A stretch of DNA of 64,000 nucleotides from Eledone cirrhosa. Taxonomy: Eukaryota. This document shows, one piece after another, positions 54,062 to 64,000 of the stretch. Below the pieces are notes generated by a model that ran no database searches, was not told the origin of the DNA, and worked only from the letters and a program-made list of their open reading frames with translations. Position 1 is the first letter of the stretch. Every line of letters begins with the position of its first letter. The DNA lies in assembly GCA_964016885.1 (NCBI GenBank), contig OZ024746.1, positions 96,038,001 through 96,102,000 on the forward strand. Reading direction: 5' to 3'. The translations under genes and the position numbers were made by a program.

Positions 54062-57000
54062 TATCTCATATGATAGGCTAAGACTCTTCTAAATTACAAT
54101 ACCCATCGTACTTGATAGCAGTGAAATTTGGACACTTACTATCAAACAACAAAAGCACCTTGATGGATCATAGACTTCCTTGGCTCTAAACATAAGCTGG
54201 AAGCAACATAAGACTCTTAGAGAAATAAATGATGCTCTCCTTCATATTTCTGATATTGTGTGAAAGAGAACTGTGACATTTGTAGGCCATTGTTATCGTG
54301 CCTTAACACTTTAGCATTTAAACTGGCTGCATATGGCCAGAATTCTCTCGCCTCTTTCTGTTCAAACCGGCTGTAACTGGCTGCTCATCCAACATTAAAG
54401 TATTGTTCTCAAAATAAATAATATCAAAATCTCAGATTTGATATTATGTGAGGTAAAGCCTTTACCGTGAATATACAATAATAAATATAAAGTAATGTAA
54501 AGCTGTGACACCTTTAGTGCTTTAGAAACCATCTGTCAAAAGTCAAAGAGGTCACATGCTCTCTTATTCAGATATTACAGCCAGAGACTTGGTATTGATG
54601 TTTCAGATTTAGGCAATGCAATGAGGCACAGACCTATGTGAAGATCTATCATCAAGTCTATTCTAGCTGAGGCTGCAGAAGGATGATGATGGTAGTATGA
54701 TATGTAAGTGTTTCACCAAACATTCTGGTGTAATGGATAGATAATTATATAAGTAAATGGATACTAACATTAACATTGTTATGGGGGAAGCATTTATTAG
54801 TTGGCCTGCACAAATTGGCTGTTTTCATTTCATTATCTTTGGAATCCATCCCATCAATTACTGTTCATCATCATCATCATCATCATCATTGTTTTTACGT
54901 CTTTTTTTCAGGTCCTTCTCAGGGCAGTATCTCTTCACAAGTTGTGATCCTTTGATTCTTCACCCAAGACTTTCTTAGTCTACCTCTATGATAAAATGCA
55001 CCCAGTACACTCTGTAAAGTGGAAGTGTATTAACTGTAGAACCCATGCCAGGAAGGCGTGGCATCAAGTACATAACAACCTCCCTTGTGTAATCACCCAT
55101 TCAACCTATACTGGCATGGAAAATCAGACAGAAAATAATGATGATGATACTGTCCAGTCTTTCTGTCTTTAATCTGATGCCGTTGTAATCTTTTGTAAAT
55201 ATCATTAGTCATTCAATCAGTCACTATATTATTTAGATCAATTATTTTTATTATAAAGCTAGTAGTAAGGTATAATTCTCGTGTTTATATAAAGCATGAT
55301 TAAAGAAAACTAATAATAAAAGAAATTAGGAGGAAGATTGGTGGGTTTAATATCATCGACAAATATATTCTAATTTGTGAATCAACAAACATTTTTACTG
55401 TTGATTGGTTTTAACTCTTAATGTCCTGTACCACATGACCCCAATTAATGAGATGCAATCATAGTCCAAAAGTGTACTGACTGCATCACATTAAAAATGA
55501 AAGTCTTTACTCTAATAATGCTAATTCTCACAATAATCTGTCTATTAGTAAAGGTTTTATAAACATTTGAATTAACAAACCTGTTTTTTTCTGTCAAAGC
55601 ATTAATAGTTAATATTGCGAGTTTGCACAATATGTTCTGTAGTAAAGTTACTATAAACATTTGAATGAACAAACATACTTTTATATATTGTATGCAAGAA
55701 AAAAACTTACAGGATATTAAGAGTTAATACTGCTAATTTTCACAAAGATCTTCCCACAAGTAAAGACACTATATACATTTGAATTAAGAAACCTGTTTTT
55801 AGATATGTTATGCAAAATCATTACTGGATAATAAGAGTTAATACTGCAAATTTTTTATTATTTATCCACAAGTACAGATACCATAAACGTTTGAATTAAC
55901 ATTGCGGTAGATTTTATGGTGTAGCATTTGTAAAGACTGAGAGTTTAAGTAAAGGCCTGTTCTTTGTCGGAGAGTAAAGTATAAGATTATTTTCTTGCTG
56001 TGTGCAATGGGTGTGCCTTTGTGCTGGTGCAGAAGACTGCGTTGTCATGTCCCCATTAGATAATATTTTCAAAGTTTTTGTTCATGAAAGTAGTTTATGC
56101 CTGGTGTTAAATTTCTTGATTGCGTGTGGATGTTTCTAGTGTGCAGAAGGTCATTAGGAAGTGAAGGGTAATAGCATCAGTGTGGCAGTAGGTGTTTTTA
56201 GCTGTGATACCAAGTAGGTCATTAACACACATAAAGAAGTGCTTGAAAGGCAAAATAACATCTTGCAATACACCAACATTGATAAAATGTGGGCTGAACC
56301 AAGGGGTAAGAAATAGGTAAAGCTCATAGTGTCAACTTAACTCAGGGAGTCTCATATCCAACACAAACATAGTCTTTGCTAATATCATGTGCAACAACAA
56401 TGCTTTCACTGAAGTTCTAATGTGTCAAAGACTGTGGGTGTTTGACATAGTAAAGCAGTTCTCCAGTAAATCTGGTGCTGTGAAAATCTCAGAATAGCAG
56501 CTACTGAGATGGGAAAGTAACCAAATGTAATGAAGGAAACAAACTTAGTTTCTGTTGTTTGATTGATTTTACTGTAGAATGTTTCACAATCAGGTTCCTC
56601 CTACTGGTGCAAGCAGTCTAGAAGTTTGGCACTCTAGAATTTTGATTCTGTACTGATCATGGCATTTCAATAGGCTTAGCAGTACACATCTTCTCTCCAA
56701 GTATCCAGTCACACACTAAGTTTAGCCTGCCAGCAGAATCAGCTACCGGAATTAAGTCAAGTAAGAACCATTGTACCCAACTCCCCAATCATTGGGGTGC
56801 CACTCTATATGTTTGACTGCGTGTGTCTATCATGGAATTTCAGTGGTCCTTAGAAATATTTGGCGGTGCCCATCTCCAAGTGACCAATCCCTCGTTAAAT
56901 TAAGCAGTTACTGGGGTGTGGCTGAAAAATGTCTTGGATCCAAAAGCGAGAACCAGGTGAGAACCAATGTATGTGTCTGTAAATATGCCACTGCTAGACA

Positions 57001-57704
57001 TCAAGGTATTCTATCAACCTGAAAACCCCAGTTTTGAAATACTGTTTCTTTAAGTCCTAGGTAATAGTATATTCAGTATTTTCAAAAGAACATTAGATAA
57101 AGCTATGTCTAGTATTGAACTAACATTTCTTCAAAAAGACAGTGGGCAATTGCATGTCCAGTTTTGAAACAATGATTCTTCAAATCCTGGATGATAGTAT
57201 TTCCAGAAGGGAGATAACATTTCTTCAATTCATTTTACTATATTTTCAAAGGAACATTAGATTTACTATTTCTTTGGGCCAACTCAAGCTTTGTGAGTGA
57301 AACTGAGCAGATTAAGACTCTGTGGAAGTCTGTCAATTGGAGACTCTGTGGAAACTTATCAGATGGAGTGTTCTTGGTTTGAAATAATGTTTCTTTAACA
57401 TTTACATTACTCTATATTTACAATTGTATTTTCATGGTAAACTCTTTATTTCACACAATATCTAATCTACAAGATTTTGATATTATTTATTTTAAGATCA
57501 GTATGAGCAGTGAGTTACAGCCGGTTTGAATAGAAAGAGGTGAGAGAGTTCTGGCCAGATACAGCCGGTTTAAATGCTAAAAGAGAGGTGAAATGTCAAT
57601 GATAATTAGAAATGTATGCATCCCAATGCAAATTACTCTAACAATAGTCAGTCACTAAAAATAATAGTTGAGAAAACCTGGAGATCAAACAGAGTGACCA
57701 GAAG

Positions 57705-58124
57705 CCATGATAAAAAAGCACCTAGTCCACCCTGTAAGGTGGTAGTACTGGTGCCATGATAAAAAAAAACACCCAGTCCACCCTGTAATATGAAAGTTCT
57801 AATGCCATGATAAAAAGTACCCAGTCCACCCTGTAATATGGGAGTTCTGATGCTATGATAAAAAACACCCAGTCCACCCTGTAAGGTGGTAGTACTGGTG
57901 CCATGATAAAGAGCACTCTGTAAAGTGGTAGCACTGTCAACGTGATAAAATGCTCCCAGTACACACTGTAAAATGGTTGGCATTAAGATGAACATCCAGG
58001 GTTAGAAATCAAGCCAAAGCATATGAGTAAGTCATGTTCATCTGACTGGTCTAGCCCCAGAACATGACAACCCCTCTAACCCATGTACCACGTAAGCTTG
58101 GAAAATAGACATTAAGCGGTGATG

Positions 58125-58129
<5 letters not shown>
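57705..58129 (+). mobile_element. Old RTE/SINE tail with ~5 degenerate 48-bp units
   Basis: cacccagtccaccctgtaa units followed by an RTE tail and (GAT)n. Confidence 0.7.
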
Positions 58130-58180
<51 letters not shown>

Positions 58181-59545
58181 CTGTTATTTTAATAAATCTA
58201 GGGTTCTTATATATTTGATATATATTTATCCTTATCAAGCCCTCTTTGGATTTTAGTCTTCAAATTTATTATTATTACTATATACATATATATAAATATA
58301 TTTGTATTTATACAAAAGTATCAATGGAAACGCAATCTTCTTTCATCAAATAAATGTTTTGAATGAAATGTTACCTCATATTATTCAATTGTTGTTGGAA
58401 AATACATCTTACACTTCGTCAATAGAAAAGATGATAATATAGTTCTACCTTTATATATATATACAGTCTGTTCGCTTCATATATATATTTATATTTATAT
58501 ATATATATTTATATATATATATATATTTATATATATATAAAATCATCATCATTATCATCAACAGCTATAGATAGATGCCTTGAAGAGCAGGATAAAAATG
58601 GGGAAACTTGGAGTTGCAGCTGTGAAAGAATACTAACACAACACGAGAGATGCCAGTAACTATTTACGTAATATGTGTGTGTGGTAACCATATAAATAAA
58701 TATACGTACAACCTTACTACTTTAGAATAGTAGTACCGTTAAGGAAAGCATCTTCATAATTACAAAAATAGCAACAAATACTGGCTTGCTGTGCGCTGTC
58801 TTCTTACAGCTTAATGGTGGTTTGCTGTGCGCTGTTTGTCTGAGGGCCTTACAGCTCCACCCATGTTGCCCTGGACAAAAAGGAAATTACATGAGAGAAC
58901 TAGAAATCTAAATATAGAAGTTTTATATGGAGTTAGATAAAGAAATAAAAGAATCTTTTCACTGCTGTAGTCACTGTCTGTTTTCTTTCTGTTTGGATGG
59001 TTTTAGTGAGAAAGGAAATATATATGTCATCATCATCATCATCATCTTGAACATCGTTTAACGTCAATGTTACACGCTTGCGTGGTGTATCTCAAGCAAC
59101 ACATTAGAATATGTATTTAGCATACATTAGTATTTAAAGCATTCAAACATTAATTAAATGAGTACTCAATACTGGCCGTTAGGTTGTAGAAATTTATATT
59201 CTAAGTAGTAAAAGATGGAAGTGTCTTTTGTGGTTATGGAAACGGAAGGGAAGGGCAGGGGCTCTAGGGTCACAGAAGAATGGGGGGGGGGTCTCTAGGC
59301 CTATGGTGCGGCGGTGTTGGGGCTGTGCCCTGCAGACAAGGCCACGAAAGCATTCCCACAAACAATATATGTGCCTGTATTATGTAATTATTATTGCTAT
59401 TAGCAGCATTATTAATGTTGAAGGATTGGTTCTGGAAGTTGCTTGCGTTATATTTCTAGCAATAGGATGATATAGTCTTTAACTTCTTTAACTGTTCTTA
59501 ATAAACCTTGTGGACATTTATTTATTTATTATATATGTATATATA

Positions 59546-59928
59546 GGCACATGGCTTAGTGGTTAGAGCATTGAGCTTGCAATCGAAAAGTTGTGAGTTC
59601 AATTCTCGGACCGGGTGATGTTGTTTCCTTGAGCAAGACACTTTATTTCACATTGCTCCAGTTTACTCAGCTGTAGAAATGAGATGATAGGGACTGGAGT
59701 CCCTATCATTCCACTGTAAAGTGGTCATGGAGGTGCCACGGCAAAAAAGCACCCAACACTCACTGTAAATGAGGTTGGTGTTAGGAAGGGCATCCAGCTG
59801 TAGAAATCAAGCCAAAATCAGTTCCTGTATGAGCAAGACAAGGTCACCCGACCTGGCATTGCCCACAACAGGACAACCCGTATAACCCATGCCAGCGTGG
59901 AAGAACGGACATAAAACGGTGATGATGA
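59546..59928 (+). mobile_element. Full-length SINE-B with tail matching the 47075 RTE
   Basis: 3' ~170 bp is the reverse complement of 47075-47240. Confidence 0.9.
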
Positions 59929-60081
59929 TATCCTGCCAGTTGTCTCAACGAAATAGTGTTGTCTGTACAGTACCAGACTTCTTAAGTTGAACAGATTTAA
60001 GAACTGGTTGACTCTTTTGTGTGTGTGTGTGTAATTTCACTTTGCTATTTACTTTAGATAATAAATTACAGTGTGTGTATG

Positions 60082-60383
60082 CAGGACCAGATTTAATGGG
60101 GGGCAAAGAGGGCAATTTCCCCAGGCCCCCGGCAGTGGTGGGGCCCCACCAGCAACAGCCATAACAATTTATTTGTACCCTCAAATGGGCCCTTTATTTT
60201 TAGGATGGTTAGAATTTTTGAATTTAATACCTGTATATATAACTTTTCAATTCCAATTACTTGCGGCAAGCTAACTTTGATATGTAAAATTGAGGGGGTT
60301 TGCTGTGTATTCTATTTTTTGTGTGTGTAAAGCCCCCACCCCCCAATCTGAAGTGCCCCCCTCCAGGTCTAAATCGAACCTTG
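60082..60383 (+). mobile_element. hAT-like MITE (27390 family)
   Basis: Shared body and TIRs. Confidence 0.7.
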
Positions 60384-60489
60384 AGTGTATATATGTATGT
60401 ATACATGCACACAAGCAATAGGTTTATCTTTGTGAGTTTATGATTACATTTCCTTATATACTGATTAATAGATAACGCTACAGTTTCTT

Positions 60490-61820
60490 ACTCCTTGTTC
60501 TTTTTCTTCTTCCCAAGAGGGTCGTTGAGACAGAGTCCACAAACACTCCTTCTAGCAGGTCCTGTCAGAAGCAACAATCTCCAACTGATCCACCTGGATC
60601 CCCAAGCGAGACCAGCCAAGCTCATGGATGTTATCCAATCATCTTGCTCGGTGTCAACCCCTGGGTCTCTTGCCGGTTGGTTTTGCCCCATAAAATCTGT
60701 CCTGCGATTCTTTCCTAAGACATTCTAACCATATGCCTATAGTATCGGAGTTGTGATCTCTCAATTCAGAGAAGTAGCGGCTCAACTGGTGTGACTCTCT
60801 GATCTCCGAGCTACACACTCTATGCTATGACATTCATGCCTCTCTCTTATATAAGTGGTTTCCACTGTACACTGCATGATTGAATGGTTCAGACGTTTAT
60901 TTCACAATCATATGGTCACATGTTAAGTTCCACTGCATGCCAACTTGGGCAAATATATTTAACAACATAGTCTTGAATCAATCCAAGTTTTGTGAGTAAA
61001 AGTTGGTCGATGGAAGCTGTTTATTAGCCTACACCGTACCTATAATTTAAAGGGCCAGTCTTGTCATTCTGAATCATCAACACCATCCTTTTACATCTAC
61101 TTTTCCCTGCTTGCATGGGTTGGACAGATCTTTTCCAGCACAGTTTCGTTCCACCTACCTCATCCCTTCACCATCTCTTCTCTCGGGTTCAATATTTTGA
61201 GCTGTCTGCACTGCTGCTCTCCAGGGCTTCCTTGGCCAGTTTTCTACCACTGGGAACTCTTGGCATTTCTTCACCCAGCAACCGTCATCCATATACATCG
61301 TATGTCCACACCAACACAGTCTTCTCTCATGCACATTAGGTTTGATTCCACTTATACCCAGTTTTTCTCTCAGCTCAATCTCCCTGAGAATTCCATTATG
61401 TGGTGTCGTCAGCCACTTGCACATTAGTCACACTAGCAGTCTGTTTCATTGATTGAACAACTGAAGCACTCATTGTCATTACTAAAGAAGATCCATTCCA
61501 TTCCATACAAGAAATAGAAAGTAGATCATAAATACAGATTGGTTATCTCAACTGATTTCACTATTTACAACATCATCATCCTCATCATATCTGCTGTTCC
61601 ATGCTTGCATAGGTTGGATAGGTCCTTCTCAGCATGGCATCTCTCCACATATTGTGTTCCTTTGTCATCTCCTCTGCCAGTCTTAGTGATTTCAGGTCCA
61701 CTCTCACAACCTCAGCCCAGGTCTTTTTTGGTCATACTCTACTGCAGCTTTCTTCCACTGGGATTTCCTGGCATTTCTTCACCCATCAGTCATTGTCCTC
61801 CATGCCCATTATATGTCCAC
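60490..61820 (-). mobile_element. Cluster of decayed RTE 3' fragments (60490-60830, 61080-61425, 61572-61820)
   Basis: LREKLGI..ERRL.W.GH and WVKKCQE motifs. Confidence 0.75.
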
Positions 61821-62414
61821 ATCGGTAGCGTGGAGAGGGGAGACTGGTATGCTTGGGTGACTGCTGGTCTTCCACAAACAAACCTTGACCAGACATGTGC
61901 CTCAGAGGGAAACTTTCTAGGTCCAAAACCATAGACAACGACTGATGGAGGCCTTAAATATACATTATTATATTTTCATGATAAAGTCTTTATCTCACAT
62001 AATCTTGAATCTACCAAGATTTTAATGATGTTATTAATGATGTTTATTTTGAGAACAATATCTTAACACCAGTATGAGTGACTGGTTATGTCAGGTTTGA
62101 ACAGAAAAAAGGGGAGAGAATTTGGGCCAGATATGACCATTTTAAATACTAAAGGGTTAATAAATACATAACATCTTTTTAGTGTTACTGTGAATAGGGT
62201 AACAATTGTTACACTTTAACGTCCATTTTATTCTACTTTTTTTAACTTCTGTAATTCGTTGACATTTGAAATATTCTGACATATCAAAATCAACAAAAAT
62301 CTTCTCTGTTTTTAAATAAATAAAATATCTGTTTAAATATTTACAGACATCGCCCAAACCACCACCTTTTCCCTTTAAGACATTTTTTCTTGATTTATGT
62401 TGCAACCATAATAT

Positions 62415-62707
62415 TGTGTGTGTGTATGCATGTATGTGTGTATGCATGTATGTGTGTATATGCATGTGTATGTGTGTGTATGCATGTGTGTGCATGCATG
62501 TATGTGTGTGTATGCATGTGTGTGTGTGTGTGTATGCATGTGTGTGTGTATATATGTGTATGTGTGTGTATACATGTGTGTGTATGCATGTGTGTGTATG
62601 CATGTGTGTGTGTATGCATGTGTCCGTATGCATGTTTATGTCTGTGTATGCATGTATGTATGTGTGTGTATGCATGTGTATGTATGTATGTGTGTGTGTA
62701 TGTGTGC
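62415..62707. repeat. (TG)n/TATGCA compound microsatellite
   Basis: Direct reading. Confidence 0.9.
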
Positions 62708-63091
62708 GTCTATAATTTTAAAAGTGAGCAAAACAATATCTGTTGTATTGTTTAAAACTCTCTTGATCGCAATCCACCCATGCTTCTATGATACAAAACC
62801 ACCAATATTAACCCTTTAACATTTACAATACTCTATATTTACTATTCTATTTTCAAGTAGAGGCTTTATCTCACATAATTATCTCACATAATTTTTAATC
62901 TATGAGATTTTGATATTATTTATTTTGAGAACAATACTTAGCAGCCAGTTATTCCCGGTTTGACCAGAAAGGGGTGAGATAATTCTTGCCGGATACGGCC
63001 ACTTTAAATGCTAAAGGGTTAAAGTATTCCAATTTAAATTAAAAACTTCCAACATATGCATTCGAGAGTTTTATATTGAATAATAATAATA

Positions 63092-63474
63092 TGGAGGCAC
63101 ATGGCTTAGTGGTTAGAGCATTGGCCTTGCAATCGAAAGGTTGTGAGTTCAATTCTCAGACCGGGTGATCTGTTGTTTCCTTGAGCAAGACACTTTATTT
63201 CACATTGCTCCAGTTTACTCAGCTGTAGAAATGAGATGATAGGGACTGAAGGCCCTATCATTCCACGGCAAAGTGGTCGTGGAGGTGTCATGGCAAAAAA
63301 GCACCCAGCCCACACTGTAAAGTGGACGTGTAGGTGCCACGGAAAAAAAGCACCCAGCACTCACTGTAAATGAGGTTGGTGTTAGGAAGGGCATCCAGCT
63401 GTAGAAATCAAGCCAGAATCAGCTCCCGTCCCACCCTTGCAAGCAGGGAAAAGCGGATGTAAAATGACGATGAT
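63092..63474 (+). mobile_element. Full-length tRNA-CORE SINE-B
   Basis: TGGCTTAGTGG A box, GAGTTCAATTC B box, CORE, two 48-bp units, RTE tail. Confidence 0.9.
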
Positions 63475-64000
63475 TCAATTTGTTTGCAAGCAAACAGTCT
63501 CATTACGCTATGTTTTTTAGATAACCATCACCATCCTTTTGTTTTAACAGTGACAAGAGAAATAATTGCCAATAATATTTGGGTTATTGCTCTTTCATAA
63601 TGTTATACTAAACAGGTGTGTCACACCATTATATCTATACAAAACGAGGGTAAAACCCAAGGTATTCACCAGGCATAATTCCAAACTACCATCAAGAGAC
63701 TACAATGAGACTCCATACACAAAGTTCCCATGACAGTTCATTTCAGTTCGTATGCCTAGAGTTTTCACCTAGTTCACTTTTACTTATGTGTATCTCTCTT
63801 CTGTCACTCACTAGAACTCTTAAGAATATATAGTATTCTCTGCATTTATGTATCTGCTATGTTAGAGCGAAAAACTAAACTTCCAACATAATTTTATATA
63901 AAATAAAGTTATGTTACAAATACCGTTTTAATAATAAAACAATGAGAAATAGTAGTAAATCCCTCCAAATTCTACATTAATTAAAAGATATTGTCTTTCA

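Noticed and set aside
55900-57000. Possible host exons or old LINE/mariner remnants
   Set aside because: No open frame or motif I could assign with confidence.
63092-63165. tRNA genes (also at 45495, 59546, 38318)
   Set aside because: A/B boxes run into CORE-SINE bodies with no proper acceptor stem, so these are SINE heads.

Overview
AT-rich animal intergenic or intronic DNA made almost entirely of repeats. The SINE, RTE and MITE repertoire and the dense (TA)n/(TATG)n/(CAT)n microsatellites resemble an octopod cephalopod genome (inference). No host protein-coding exon, rRNA, true tRNA or CRISPR could be supported. Main contents: the intact 3' half of a young GC-rich Tx1/L1-clade LINE ending in (ATT)n (1-2412); a near-intact 5'-truncated RTE LINE (47075-50080, minus) plus many RTE fragments, whose reverse transcriptase carries an inserted PHD-type C4HC3 finger; a fossil Chapaev3-like transposase; CRE, Vingi and CR1/L2 fragments; a non-autonomous Helitron with cargo; three TTAA (piggyBac-like) MITE families; hAT MITEs with 8-bp TSDs; two tRNA-derived SINE families; and a Penelope-type minimal hammerhead ribozyme (53052-53109). 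The most unusual signal is a recurring class of fold-back (snap-back) inverted duplications at 28041, 29664, 30411, 32296 and 51068. In each, the LEFT arm appears to be the derived copy, several skip template at microhomologies, and they adjoin tandem arrays or TA satellites. They include a 273-bp-arm palindrome and a GC-rich 10x54-bp array. All family assignments come from motif recognition by eye and no database search was run.
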